Part shown: piece after piece, positions 54,317 through 64,000 of the stretch
How the letters are laid out: each line of letters begins with the position of its first letter
How positions within the stretch are numbered: position 1 is the stretch's first letter
Assembly: GCA_028280905.1 (NCBI GenBank)
Contig: JANQKW010000331.1
Coordinates: 2,000-65,999 of the forward strand
DNA: 64,000 nt
Direction: 5' to 3'
DNA from: Porticoccaceae bacterium
GTDB taxonomy: Bacteria > Pseudomonadota > Gammaproteobacteria > Pseudomonadales > Porticoccaceae
Notes under the pieces: model-generated
Databases searched by the model: none
Told to the model about the DNA's origin: nothing
Seen by the model: only the letters and a program-made list of their open reading frames with translations
Translations under genes and position numbers: made by a program

Positions 54317-55210
54317 GTGAACACAGAGGCTGTAACACCCCCCAGTGGTATTAATATTTTCTCATCATTTCCACCTGGCGTGTTCATGCGTTATGAGCCG
54401 GCTATTGGTTCTACTCCGGTGGTAGTTGACGTTTCCCGTAGTGGACATCGTTACCCTGTCGATTTTAGACCAGATGCACCGTTTAGCGCTGTGCATACGA
54501 AGATTTCAATGTATGTGGACGAGCTTCTTTCCTATGCTCCTGAAGCCGGTGCTACGTTGCTGGTTGCTGAATTTCCGATAACAGTCATAGATACCAATCG
54601 CCTGCCAGATGATGTTGATCCCGCGATAGTTGACGGAACATTATCCTTCACACCGAATCCGACAGACCGGTCACTTAAGAACGGTGCTGGCCTAATACAT
54701 ACCCTGGGAGCGGGCAGAGTCCCGCTATACGAAGGCAAACTCAGCGCGGCCCAGATTATGGCGCGTATACAGCGATACTATGACCCTTACCATGCCGAGC
54801 TAAAACGTCTCTTGGAAAAAGCCAAGGAAGGACAGAATAAGGCATACCATCTTAGCTTCCATTGCATGTCGTCGATCGATCCTAAAAACCCGGACGGCGC
54901 TGATGCTCGTCGACCGGATATTTGCCTTGGTGATCTAAATGGCCAGACCTGTGGCACCGAATTTCGTGAAATTGTTGCTGAGTATTTTGGAAAGCAGGGC
55001 TACGAGGTAGCGATTAACTCACCGTTTAAAGGTGGACAACTTATTGAGCGGTATGGTAAGCCGGAGGCAGGAACCGAAAGCCTTCAAGTAGAGTTGTGTA
55101 AGCGGCTTTTTATGAATGAGGCAAATGGAGAGCGTAGCGAGAAATTTTGTGAATTGCAGCGGCAACTTGGGGAAGTTGTCCGGCAGGTCTGTGAATATTC
55201 TAAACGATGA
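54317..55210 (+). CDS. N-formylglutamate amidohydrolase (FGase) family hydrolase
   Basis: VVDVSRSGHRYP..., ...SFHCMSS... pattern and the ~300 aa size fit the family. GTG start with AGGAGA 5 nt upstream. Confidence 0.6.
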   Translation: MNTEAVTPPSGINIFSSFPPGVFMRYEPAIGSTPVVVDVSRSGHRYPVDFRPDAPFSAVHTKISMYVDELLSYAPEAGATLLVAEFPITVIDTNRLPDDVDPAIVDGTLSFTPNPTDRSLKNGAGLIHTLGAGRVPLYEGKLSAAQIMARIQRYYDPYHAELKRLLEKAKEGQNKAYHLSFHCMSSIDPKNPDGADARRPDICLGDLNGQTCGTEFREIVAEYFGKQGYEVAINSPFKGGQLIERYGKPEAGTESLQVELCKRLFMNEANGERSEKFCELQRQLGEVVRQVCEYSKR

Positions 55211-55237
55211 TTTCGACAAATATCACAAAGGTGCCAA

Positions 55238-56854
55238 ATGAAACGTAGAGAATTCCTATATGGATCCGCCGCTCTTTTGGGGGCGGCCCAACTGGGCCTT
55301 ACTGGCTGCTCTAGCGGTAGTAACGACACCGAAAAAAAATCCAAAGCTGTCGTTATAGCGTGGAAGATAGACGATATTTCATCGCTTGATCCGGCCATAG
55401 CATTCGAGAAGGTTTCGTCCGAGGTTTGCCGTAATATTTATAACACACTCGTTGTCTATAAGATGGAAGACACAACACAGTTTGAGGGATTGGCGGCGGA
55501 AAGTTGGGAGGATGCAGGTGATGGTAAAAACTATACCTTCCATATCCGAAAAGGGATGACCTTTCATTCGGGCCGTCCTGTGACGGCGCATGACTTCGTT
55601 TATTCCATTGAGCGAGCGCTTGGATTGGGTCGCGCACCAATTATTATCCCGGCTGGGTTGGGGTTCACAAAAGAAAATGTCCGTGAGTGTGTCAAGGCAG
55701 TAGACGACTATACGATTGGCATCTCTCTTCCCGAAGAGCGCGCATTGACCTTTGTGCTGGCCTGCTTTACAACCTGCGTAATGGCTGTTGTTGATAGTGA
55801 AGAAGTTAAAGCGCACGAAATGGACGGCGATTGGGGTTCGGAATGGCTGCGAAAAAATTCTGCCGGATCCGGTCCGTTCAAGCTCCGCAACTGGGTAGCA
55901 AATGAATCCGTTGCCTTCGAGCGATATGATGGTTACTGGCGTGGCCCTGCGGCGGCAGAAATTATTTTGCTGCGACATCTTCCCGAACCCTCCACACAGC
56001 AGCTTTTGCTGGAGAGGGGTGATATACATGTAGCTCGAAATTTAAATACCACGCAAATCAACCGATTTACGGATGATCCAAATTTTGACGTAGTAGCCGC
56101 GCCTTCATTTCGCCTGGTTTATATGAATTTAAATACGAAGTATGAGCCGTTTCAAAATTCAAAAGTCCTCAAGGCGCTCAAGTACCTAATAGATTACGAA
56201 GGCATCAACAATACCATTCTCAAAGGATTTGCCGATATTCACCAAACGTTGGTGCCCCAAGGTATCTGGGCTTCGCTACGGGAGAATCCATATACGTTTG
56301 ATCCAGAGCGTGCAAAGACACTCCTAGCTGAAGCGGGTTATCCGGATGGTTTTGAAGTTGCGCTTGATGTTCGCGGCTCTTCGCCTGATCTCGAAATGGC
56401 GCAAACGGTCCAGGCGTCATTTGCGCTGGCTGGCGTTAAAATGGTGATAAATACGGCCGACTATAAACAGATGTTGACTAAATATAAGTCTAGACGGCAC
56501 CAGATAGTACTGGCGAACTGGGGCGCTGACTATCCCGACCCCCAGGCAATGGCGCTTCCGTTTGCCGGTAATCCCGATAACTCAAATGCTGCAACGCTGA
56601 AGACGGTTGCTTGGCGGGCGTCTTGGCAGGACGAAGAGCTAACAGCGCGTATCCTGGCCGGAGCGAAAGAAGTTGATTCCGCAAAACGCAAAGCCCTATA
56701 TGAAGATGTGCAGCGCGAGCAAGCGGACAAAGGACCGGTTATCCAGATGTTCCAACTGAGACAGGTTATCGTCGTTCCGAAAGGATTCCGAGGGCCTCTG
56801 TTAAGTCCGAGTTCTCGTTGCGATACCTATCTGAATATGGGTAAAAAAGTTTAG
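55238..56854 (+). CDS. ABC transporter solute-binding protein, family 5 (peptide/opine/nickel type), probable lipoprotein
   Basis: KRREFL twin-arginine-like signal with the lipobox LTGC; 538 aa, with ...DISSLDPA...YNTLV... family 5 features. Confidence 0.85.
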   Translation: MKRREFLYGSAALLGAAQLGLTGCSSGSNDTEKKSKAVVIAWKIDDISSLDPAIAFEKVSSEVCRNIYNTLVVYKMEDTTQFEGLAAESWEDAGDGKNYTFHIRKGMTFHSGRPVTAHDFVYSIERALGLGRAPIIIPAGLGFTKENVRECVKAVDDYTIGISLPEERALTFVLACFTTCVMAVVDSEEVKAHEMDGDWGSEWLRKNSAGSGPFKLRNWVANESVAFERYDGYWRGPAAAEIILLRHLPEPSTQQLLLERGDIHVARNLNTTQINRFTDDPNFDVVAAPSFRLVYMNLNTKYEPFQNSKVLKALKYLIDYEGINNTILKGFADIHQTLVPQGIWASLRENPYTFDPERAKTLLAEAGYPDGFEVALDVRGSSPDLEMAQTVQASFALAGVKMVINTADYKQMLTKYKSRRHQIVLANWGADYPDPQAMALPFAGNPDNSNAATLKTVAWRASWQDEELTARILAGAKEVDSAKRKALYEDVQREQADKGPVIQMFQLRQVIVVPKGFRGPLLSPSSRCDTYLNMGKKV

Positions 56855-56882
56855 TACATTTCAATCACTGAAATTGGCAGCC

Positions 56883-57908
56883 ATGTATATAAATAAGACA
56901 TTCTTCCGTGAAATGGCCAAAGTGCTCTTCTCTGCGCTGGTCACCTTGTTCGGACTTCTTATACTAACTTTTTTTATTGCACGGTTATTGCCAATCGACC
57001 CTGTTCTCGCGGTTGTGGGAGAACAGGCCTCGGAGGCGGCATACGAAAGGGCTCGGCAAGATCTTGGGTTGGACAAGTCTCTTTTCCAACAACTGATCCT
57101 TTACTTACAAAATATTGTTCAAGGAGATCTAGGTCAATCGTTTCTCACCAGAAACGATATTGTCGATGATCTAAAAAGGGTCTTTCCCGCAACCATCGAG
57201 CTTGCGACAACGGCGACAATTATTGGCGTACTGATTGGCGTTCCCTTAGGAACATGGGCAGCTGCTAAACAAGACGGATGGCCAGACCACGTCGCTCGTT
57301 TCCTTGGAGTATTGGGGCATTCTGTGCCAGCCTTTTGGCTCGGCATGATAGCACTGCTGATTTTTTACGCGAAACTCGGCGTCGTGCCTGGACCAGGTCG
57401 CGTAGATGATATCTATTACGGGCTTGTCACGCAGCAGACCGGATTAATATTGGTCGATTCTTTAATGCAGGGGCAAATTGAAGTATTTCGCAATGCTGTT
57501 TCACATTTGATATTGCCTGCCACTGTGTTGGGTATTTTCTCCGTTGCTAACATCAGCAGAATGACGCGAAATTTTGTTCTTGCGGAATTGCGTCAGGAAT
57601 ATGTGACGACGGCCAGGGTAAAAGGCATGGATATGCGCACGATAATAATAAGGCAAGTGCTTCCCAATACATTTGTTTCTTTGATAACTGTCATAGCACT
57701 GCAGTTGGGTGCGCTTTTGGAGGGGGCGGTACTGACCGAAACTATCTTCGGATGGCCGGGGTTGGGATTGTATATGAAAAATTCGCTCCTTAATGCGGAC
57801 ACCAATGCAGTGCTCGGCGGTACGCTATTGGTTGGTGTGACGTTTATTCTGCTCAACACCGGTGCCGATGCGCTGTACCGAATTCTCGACCCTAGAGCTA
57901 GAAACTAA
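56883..57908 (+). CDS. ABC transporter permease (DppB/OppB type)
   Basis: ...ARLLPIDPV...LGLDKS...GDLGQS. Six TM segments. Start is ATG 56883 (the track uses TTG 56874). Confidence 0.9.
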   Translation: MYINKTFFREMAKVLFSALVTLFGLLILTFFIARLLPIDPVLAVVGEQASEAAYERARQDLGLDKSLFQQLILYLQNIVQGDLGQSFLTRNDIVDDLKRVFPATIELATTATIIGVLIGVPLGTWAAAKQDGWPDHVARFLGVLGHSVPAFWLGMIALLIFYAKLGVVPGPGRVDDIYYGLVTQQTGLILVDSLMQGQIEVFRNAVSHLILPATVLGIFSVANISRMTRNFVLAELRQEYVTTARVKGMDMRTIIIRQVLPNTFVSLITVIALQLGALLEGAVLTETIFGWPGLGLYMKNSLLNADTNAVLGGTLLVGVTFILLNTGADALYRILDPRARN

Positions 57909-57926
57909 CCACCGGTAAGAGAATCT

Positions 57927-58829
57927 ATGAACGTAAAATCTACTATAGAATGGCTCGTTTCTGATGAGCCTCAATCAGCCCGACAGGCGTGGTTAGGTCA
58001 GCTTTTTATAGGGTTCAGGGCATTTCAACAAAATGTGCTAGGTATGACTGGGCTGGGAATTGTCCTGGGAATTATTATCATCGCGGCGCTGGCGCCAGTA
58101 ATTGCACCCTATGCCCCGGATGCACAGGATTTGTCACATCGCCTCGAACCCTCAAGCGCACAGCATTGGCTTGGAACTGACGAGTTTGGCCGGGATATTT
58201 TTTCACGAATAATATATGGAACGACGTATACACTGCAATTTGTCACCCTGGTGATTGTTGCAATAGCACCCATAGGCTTGCTCATCGGTGTAACCGCGGC
58301 TTATGCCGGTGGCGTTGTCGACCACATACTAATGCGCATAACGGATATTTTCCTGTCATTTCCCAGATTAATTCTGGCCTTGGCTTTTGTGGCGACTCTG
58401 GGGCCCGGCTTAGGTAACGCGATGATTGCGATTGTTCTAACTGCATGGCCACCTTATGCCAGGGTTGCAAGAGCCGAAGCACTCAGAATTCGCAATAGCG
58501 ATTTTATTTCAGCAGCAAAGATTGCGGGTGCTCCACCCAGACGAATTGTGTTGGGACATATCGTTCCCCTCTGTATTCCAACCATCATTGTGCGGGGCTC
58601 TCTTGATATGGGTAGCATTATTCTGACAGCGGCAAGTTTGGGCTTCTTGGGGCTGGGCGCCCAGCCTCCCCAACCGGAATGGGGCGCAATGATTTCTGCA
58701 GGGCGACAGTACTTTCTTGAACAATGGTGGATCTCGACAATCCCGGGGATTGCCATATGTATCGCCACTATTGGGTTTAACCTGTTAGGCGATGGATTGC
58801 GCGACGTACTGGACCCCAAATACCGCTGA
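57927..58829 (+). CDS. ABC transporter permease (DppC/OppC type)
   Basis: ...HWLGTDEFGRDIFSRIIYG... is the hallmark of OppC-type permeases. Confidence 0.9.
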   Translation: MNVKSTIEWLVSDEPQSARQAWLGQLFIGFRAFQQNVLGMTGLGIVLGIIIIAALAPVIAPYAPDAQDLSHRLEPSSAQHWLGTDEFGRDIFSRIIYGTTYTLQFVTLVIVAIAPIGLLIGVTAAYAGGVVDHILMRITDIFLSFPRLILALAFVATLGPGLGNAMIAIVLTAWPPYARVARAEALRIRNSDFISAAKIAGAPPRRIVLGHIVPLCIPTIIVRGSLDMGSIILTAASLGFLGLGAQPPQPEWGAMISAGRQYFLEQWWISTIPGIAICIATIGFNLLGDGLRDVLDPKYR

Positions 58830-58837
58830 GTATATTT

Positions 58838-59644
58838 ATGAATAGATCTGCTAACGACGGCATGAATAATCTGATTGAGGTCGAAAACCTGCGCGTCAGT
58901 TTTAGAACACGTTTAGGTGAGGAATCAGAAGTTTTACATGGCATATCATTCAATGTCGGTCATGAAAAACTGGGAATCGTTGGAGAATCTGGTTCTGGAA
59001 AGTCCATCACAGCGCGATCTATCCTGCGGATCATGCCGCCCGGCAGTTCAACCACAGCCGACAGCATCAGTTTTAAAGGCCGTGAACTAACGACTCTTTC
59101 TGAGAAGGAAATGTGTAAATTCAGGGGTAAACACATTTCAATGATAATGCAGGATCCTAAATATTCTCTGAACCCAACCATGCGTATTGGAGATCAGATC
59201 GCAGAGATGCTCAGGCTACACACAAAAATTGGCAAGAAAGAAGCCCTTGATAGGTCGCTCGCTGCGCTTGAATCTGTACATATGAGAGATCCAGAACGAG
59301 TTATGCGGGCATATCCTTTAGAGTTGTCTGGTGGAATGGGGCAGAGGGTGATGATAGCGATGATGTTAATTACGGCGCCAGGTCTATTGATCGCAGACGA
59401 ACCGACGTCGGCCCTGGACGTCTCCGTGCAATTGCAGATTTTGAGTTTGCTCGATGAACTGGTCACCAAAAGCAATATGGGACTGATGTTTATCAGCCAT
59501 GCCCTCCATATGGTGTCGTCGTTCTGTGATCGGGTAATCGTGATGTATAAAGGGAATATTGTGGAGACATGCGCAGCGTCTGAACTGGCGAACGCCACGC
59601 ATCCATATACACGTCGCTTGCTCGATGCAACGGAAACTATATAA
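58838..59644 (+). CDS. ABC transporter ATP-binding protein (DppD type)
   Basis: GESGSGKS, LSGGMGQRV, LLIADEPTSALD. Confidence 0.9.
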   Translation: MNRSANDGMNNLIEVENLRVSFRTRLGEESEVLHGISFNVGHEKLGIVGESGSGKSITARSILRIMPPGSSTTADSISFKGRELTTLSEKEMCKFRGKHISMIMQDPKYSLNPTMRIGDQIAEMLRLHTKIGKKEALDRSLAALESVHMRDPERVMRAYPLELSGGMGQRVMIAMMLITAPGLLIADEPTSALDVSVQLQILSLLDELVTKSNMGLMFISHALHMVSSFCDRVIVMYKGNIVETCAASELANATHPYTRRLLDATETI

Positions 59645-59680
59645 CGCGCTTACCGCCACGAAAGGAGCTTAACTAAGAAA

Positions 59681-60448
59681 ATGATTAGTGTTCGAGGGCT
59701 TACAGTTACTTTTACTAACGGCGAGGAGAAATTCGTCGCCGTTGACGATGTGTCATTTGATATTGCAGAGGGCGAATCTTTTGGTCTTGTTGGAGAATCA
59801 GGTTCCGGAAAAAGCACAATATTAAAGGCCATGACGGGTCTGGTGACATCCTGGACGGGTGAAGTTTCGATCAACGGAATGGGCGTTACGCCGAACTCGC
59901 GATCAAAGTCATTTTGCAAGTTAGTACAGATGGTCTTTCAGGACCCTTACGGATCGCTACACCCACGCCACACGGTGCATCGTGTGTTGTCTGAAACGCT
60001 GGCAATTCATGGGCTTGATAAAAGCGCAGACTCGGAAACCAAGATTACGGAGGTGCTCGAGTCCGTTGGACTGGAGTCTGCAATGCGGTTTAGATACCCG
60101 CATCAACTGTCGGGTGGGCAAAGACAGCGTGTCGCTATCGCGCGTGCCGTCATATTGGAACCGTTAGTTCTTCTTCTGGATGAGCCGACATCTGCATTAG
60201 ATGTTTCGGTGCAAGCGGAGGTTCTTGATCTCTTCGAGAAGTTACGTGACGAACGCGGATTAACAATGCTTCTCGTGACGCACGATTTGGCTGTTGTTGC
60301 GCGAATGTGTGGCAGAATAGCTGTTATGCGTGCTGGAAAGCTGGAAGAGCAGGTTACCGCGAATCAACTCAGAGCCGGCGATACGGATAACGCTTACACT
60401 CAGCATTTACTTGTTGCAAGCAGGGGGTTTCAACGGTCTGAGGTTTAG
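59681..60448 (+). CDS. ABC transporter ATP-binding protein (DppF type)
   Basis: GESGSGKST, LSGGQRQRV, LLLDEPTSALD. Confidence 0.9.
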   Translation: MISVRGLTVTFTNGEEKFVAVDDVSFDIAEGESFGLVGESGSGKSTILKAMTGLVTSWTGEVSINGMGVTPNSRSKSFCKLVQMVFQDPYGSLHPRHTVHRVLSETLAIHGLDKSADSETKITEVLESVGLESAMRFRYPHQLSGGQRQRVAIARAVILEPLVLLLDEPTSALDVSVQAEVLDLFEKLRDERGLTMLLVTHDLAVVARMCGRIAVMRAGKLEEQVTANQLRAGDTDNAYTQHLLVASRGFQRSEV

Positions 60449-60562
60449 TCAATCTAATTCATGTAGAAGGTCATTGACTATATGAAGCGCGATAAAAGAC
60501 GTGTATATGTGGGCGGTGGATGGACTCTCGTTTAAATTACCGTTCTGGAAGTAAAGCTTTCG

Positions 60563-60748
60563 TCAAATTACAGAGGATGGGTCCCAATCAGAAAAAATTG
60601 GATTATGGTTGAACCTGTTTTTAGGGTAGTAGGCTTGTGCTTGCTTCGTTCGACAATTCTTATTCCTTATATTTTCTCCTGTTGGCAATATTAATGGATG
60701 GCTAAGCAGTCTTAGCACCGAGTCCAGTGATATTACAGTTATAATCAT
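60563..60748 (-). CDS. Hypothetical 61-aa ORF overlapping the gcvP stop (ATGA)
   Basis: The ATG overlaps the gcvP TGA, and GAGGAGAGAG lies immediately upstream (inside the gcvP 3' end). No recognisable motif. Confidence 0.2.
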   Translation of the reverse strand: MIITVISLDSVLRLLSHPLILPTGENIRNKNCRTKQAQAYYPKNRFNHNPIFSDWDPSSVI

Positions 60749-63642
60749 GATTCTCTCTCCTCATATTCGGAAATAGCTGGACATGAGCAGACCAGATTGC
60801 GATCGCCAAACACGTTGTCTACGCGACCAATCGGAGGCCAATATTTGCTTTCATACAGAGAGGCGGTAGGGTAGGCGGCCTGTTCACGGGAATATTTACG
60901 AGTCCAGTCTTCGCTGAGAAGCGTTGCAGCAGTATGGGGAGCCTGTTTGAGCGGATTGTCATGCGGATCTGACATGCCAGATTCTATCGCACCAATTTCT
61001 TGCCTGATCAAAATCATGGCCTCACAAAATCGATTCATCTCTGCGAGCGATTCACTTTCAGTGGGCTCGATCATAAGTGTTCCGGCTACGGGAAAAGACA
61101 TGGTAGGGGCATGGAAACCAAAATCAATTAATCGCTTGGCCACATCATCCACCGTCACACCAGTTGATTCCGTGATAGGCCTTAAATCGATGATGCACTC
61201 ATGGGCCACACGACCGTATGCGCCCGTATACAGGACGCGATAGTGAAGCTTTAAGCGTTCGGCGAGGTAATTTGCATTGAGAATGGCGGCCTGTGTTGCT
61301 TTCTTTAAGCCATCTCGGCCCATCATCTTGATGTACATCCAACTGATGGGCAGAATGCCTGCGCTTCCCCAAGCTGCTGCAGCCACCGGATTGGTGCCGC
61401 AACCATGTTCAAGTTGAGCTAGACTTGCGTGGCCTGGCAGGAAAGGCTTGAGGTGCTCCCGCACGCCAATAGGGCCAACACCGGGTCCTCCACCACCGTG
61501 CGGTATGCAAAAAGTCTTATGGAGGTTTAGGTGGGATACATCGCCGCCAAATCGCCCTGGGTAACAAAGGCCCACCATTGCATTGAGATTCGCCCCATCC
61601 ATATACACCTGTCCACCGTGATCATGTACGATGCTACAAACCTCTTTGATTTGTTCCTCAAATACGCCGTGAGTAGACGGATAGGTGATCATTATGGCGG
61701 ACAGTTCCCGCTGATGTTTGTCTGCATTTTCGCGTAAATCATCAATATCGACGTTGCCCTGGTCATCACACTTGACCACCACGACCTTCATGCCACACAT
61801 TTGCGCCGATGCCGGGTTGGTGCCGTGGGCAGAGCTGGGTATGAGGCATATGTTACGCCGACCTTCTCCGCAGCTCTGGTGGTAGGCTTTTATAGCAAGC
61901 AGGCCTGCGTACTCACCTTGGGAGCCTGCGTTAGGCTGCAGTGAGATGGCATCATAACCCGTTACCGCGGCAAGCATTTGCTCCAACTCATCAATTAGCT
62001 GTATATATCCCTGGGCTTGTTCGAGCGGTGCAAATGGATGCACATTGCAGAATTGCGGCCATGTGATTGGCAGCATTTCAGCAGTTGCATTGAGTTTCAT
62101 CGTGCAGGACCCCAACGGAATCATTGCCCGATCAAGCGCAATATCCTTGTCGGCCAGTCGTCGCAGGTAGCGCAGCATTTCGGTTTCCGAATGGTAGCGA
62201 TTAAAGGTCTCATGGGTCAGCACACTATCGCGCCGCATCAGGTCTTCGGGGAGTGAGGGTTGCAAGGAAGTGTACAGTTGATCTGCGGTGAAATTTTCCT
62301 CATCACCGAGTGAAAATACCTTCCAAAGGGTAGTGATATCGGACAAGGATGTGGTCTCGTCCAGTGATACTCCCAGATGTGCGTCATCCACCTCGCGCAA
62401 ATTGATTTTATTTGCGCGGGCGGCGGCATGGATGGCAGAGGTCTTTTCGTCTGTATTGATTGTCAGTGTGTCGAAGAAAGTCTCGGTAGTAGTGGTGAAG
62501 CCCTGCTTGCTCAAACCCTGAGCAAAAAGCCGCGCGAAATGGTTGACCCTTTGTGCAATAGCCTGCAGTCTCTTCGGCCCATGATAAACGGCGTACATGC
62601 CCGCCATTACGGCGAGTAACACCTGCGCAGTACATATGTTGCTCGTCGCTTTCTCGCGCCGGATATGTTGCTCACGTGTCTGCAGTGCCAATCGGTAGGC
62701 CTGTTGGCCTTTGTCGTCGATGGAAATACCCACGATGCGTCCTGGCAGCGCTCGCTTATATGCCTCCTTAGTCGCCATATAGGCAGCATGCGGACCACCA
62801 AACCCAAGTGGCACACCGAATCGCTGGCTGGAACCTATCGCGACATCAGCGCCCAGTTCACCGGGTGATTTGAGGAGCATGAGGGCGAGCAAGTCCGCGG
62901 CCATAACAACTAATGCATTTTTCTTATGCGCTTTTTCAATGATGTGCCGGTAATCGCAAACCTCGCCGTTTACCGTCGGGTATTGCAACACGACTCCGAA
63001 AGGGTCTGTTTCCGAGAGTTCAGTGCAAGGGTCGCCGACAATTACGTCTATGCCGATAGGCTTGGCGCGTGTTTTGATGACTTCGATGGTTTGTGGCAAA
63101 CAATCCCGTGACACAAAAAAGGTATTACTTTTGGATTTGCTCATCCGTTGGCAAAGCGTCATCGCTTCAGCTGCCGCCGTAGCTTCGTCCAGCAGAGATG
63201 CATTTGCCATGTCCATGCCGGTCAGGTCTGAGATCATGGTTTGAAAATTGAGTATCGCTTCGAGTCGACCTTGGGATATTTCGGGTTGATAGGGTGTGTA
63301 TGCTGTATACCAGCCGGGGTTCTCCAATACATTCCGCAATATCACGTTGGGGGTATAGCAGTTGTAATAGCCCTGTCCGATATAAGATCGGTATGGCTTA
63401 TTTTTGTTTGCGATCGCTCTGATGGAGTCGAGCGCGTGCTGTTCGGTGCAGCTTAAATCGAGATCTAGTGGCGCGCCCGAAAGGATCGCATCAGGAACCA
63501 CTTGCTCTATCAGTGCTTCGACGGAATCCAACCCGAGTGCGCTCAACATCTCTTGTTGCTCGTCTGCAGTCGGCCCAATATGCCGACGGATAAACTCCGC
63601 GTTCTGGTTAAATCGAGAAAGAGATGGATCTAATTGCGTCAT
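60745..63642 (-). CDS. gcvP: Glycine dehydrogenase (aminomethyl-transferring), glycine cleavage P protein
   Basis: 965 aa single-chain P protein: ...FIRRHIGP...YIGQGYY...[20 protein letters not shown]...[16 protein letters not shown]. Confidence 0.95.
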   Translation of the reverse strand: MTQLDPSLSRFNQNAEFIRRHIGPTADEQQEMLSALGLDSVEALIEQVVPDAILSGAPLDLDLSCTEQHALDSIRAIANKNKPYRSYIGQGYYNCYTPNVILRNVLENPGWYTAYTPYQPEISQGRLEAILNFQTMISDLTGMDMANASLLDEATAAAEAMTLCQRMSKSKSNTFFVSRDCLPQTIEVIKTRAKPIGIDVIVGDPCTELSETDPFGVVLQYPTVNGEVCDYRHIIEKAHKKNALVVMAADLLALMLLKSPGELGADVAIGSSQRFGVPLGFGGPHAAYMATKEAYKRALPGRIVGISIDDKGQQAYRLALQTREQHIRREKATSNICTAQVLLAVMAGMYAVYHGPKRLQAIAQRVNHFARLFAQGLSKQGFTTTTETFFDTLTINTDEKTSAIHAAARANKINLREVDDAHLGVSLDETTSLSDITTLWKVFSLGDEENFTADQLYTSLQPSLPEDLMRRDSVLTHETFNRYHSETEMLRYLRRLADKDIALDRAMIPLGSCTMKLNATAEMLPITWPQFCNVHPFAPLEQAQGYIQLIDELEQMLAAVTGYDAISLQPNAGSQGEYAGLLAIKAYHQSCGEGRRNICLIPSSAHGTNPASAQMCGMKVVVVKCDDQGNVDIDDLRENADKHQRELSAIMITYPSTHGVFEEQIKEVCSIVHDHGGQVYMDGANLNAMVGLCYPGRFGGDVSHLNLHKTFCIPHGGGGPGVGPIGVREHLKPFLPGHASLAQLEHGCGTNPVAAAAWGSAGILPISWMYIKMMGRDGLKKATQAAILNANYLAERLKLHYRVLYTGAYGRVAHECIIDLRPITESTGVTVDDVAKRLIDFGFHAPTMSFPVAGTLMIEPTESESLAEMNRFCEAMILIRQEIGAIESGMSDPHDNPLKQAPHTAATLLSEDWTRKYSREQAAYPTASLYESKYWPPIGRVDNVFGDRNLVCSCPAISEYEERES

Positions 63643-63739
63643 TAATTTCGCCTGTTACACTGTTTCCGACATCCAAGATAGGCGCCGGTAAAAGAGTTTT
63701 GGGGATGCAGCTTTTCTAAAGTTCTTATCTTGCGATGAT

Positions 63740-64000
63740 TTAACTTTGATTCACCAGCTCCGTATAGGCATCTTCATCCATTAACTCAACGAGAGCTGCG
63801 GAGTCGCTACACTTCAATTTGATAAACCAGCCGTCACCCATTGGATCCAGATTAATGCGGTCCGGCGCTTCAACCAACTGCTTATTGACTTCAATGACAG
63901 TACCCGCTATCGGCGATTTAATCTCTCCCGCGGCCTTTACCGATTCAACCACAGCGGCTTCTTCGCCCTTTTCAAGCTCGCTACCTATTTCAGGCAGATC
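63740..64000 (-). CDS. gcvH: Glycine cleavage system H protein, C-terminal ~86 aa (5' end beyond the right edge)
   Basis: The frame is open to the window edge: DLPEIGSELEKGEEAAVVESVKAAGEIKSPIAG..., with the lipoyl-lysine motif ESVKAA. Confidence 0.9.
   Translation of the reverse strand, partial: DLPEIGSELEKGEEAAVVESVKAAGEIKSPIAGTVIEVNKQLVEAPDRINLDPMGDGWFIKLKCSDSAALVELMDEDAYTELVNQS

Noticed and set aside
55379-56029. 216-aa minus-strand ORF opposite the solute-binding protein gene
   Set aside because: It lies entirely within a confidently assigned plus-strand gene, with no motif and no ribosome-binding site.
1-64000. Search for CRISPR arrays, rRNA, prophage, integrase or transposase genes, toxin-antitoxin pairs and known defence systems
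   Set aside because: I found no regularly spaced direct repeats, no recombinase or transposase-like translations, and no nuclease, methylase or helicase-type defence signatures in the ORF set. The only mobile-element-like signals are the small inverted-repeat element at 2310..2477 and the tRNA-end duplication.

Overview
The window has two compositionally different parts that meet at gltX-tRNA-Ala(GGC), around 36.5 kb.

(A) 1-36.5 kb is GC-rich (about 60% judged by eye on sampled lines). It is a tightly packed CoA-dependent catabolic supercluster containing:
- a partial ADP-forming acyl-CoA synthetase;
- TRAP permease genes (Q and M), split by a roughly 170-bp hairpin-rich insert;
- a CobS/CobT-like AAA+/VWA pair;
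- a lactonase plus two tandem SDR paralogs;
- a minus-strand operon of crotonase, an orphan molybdopterin-hydroxylase large subunit and an SDR;
- an operon of TRAP-SBP, MmgE/PrpD, CoA-transferase and hydantoinase A/B;
- a dienelactone hydrolase;
- a 9-gene Bad/Ali-like alicyclic acyl-CoA operon with no thiolase.
These are followed by a LapD-like degenerate GGDEF-EAL receptor, gltX and tRNA-Ala.

The strongest directly visible signal is eight correctly placed and oriented sigma-54 type -24/-12 elements, three of them forming divergent pairs. They head essentially every transcription unit of this half. No enhancer-binding protein, or any other DNA-binding regulator, is encoded there.

(B) 36.7-64 kb has clearly lower GC (about 45-50% by eye). 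It starts with a 24-bp duplicate of the tRNA 3' end and carries two gene remnants: a cusA/czcA 3' fragment and a malic-enzyme gene with a large internal deletion. Its accessory modules are:
- a Fur-like regulator at the end of an ABC-2 operon with two ~480-aa permeases;
- a b-type cytochrome translationally coupled to a DAO-family flavoenzyme;
- a TonB-dependent receptor, an aldehyde dehydrogenase and a beta-barrel OMP;
- LysR plus an argininosuccinate-lyase-like C-N lyase, divergent from an operon encoding HcnA/HcnB(OoxA)-like subunits, an FGase-family amidohydrolase and an Opp/Nik-type ABC importer.
The window ends with gcvH-gcvP.

I saw no CRISPR array, rRNA, integrase, transposase or recognisable phage or defence genes. 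All calls come from reading translations, motifs and DNA patterns. No database search or computation was run, and coordinates of small motifs were counted by hand.
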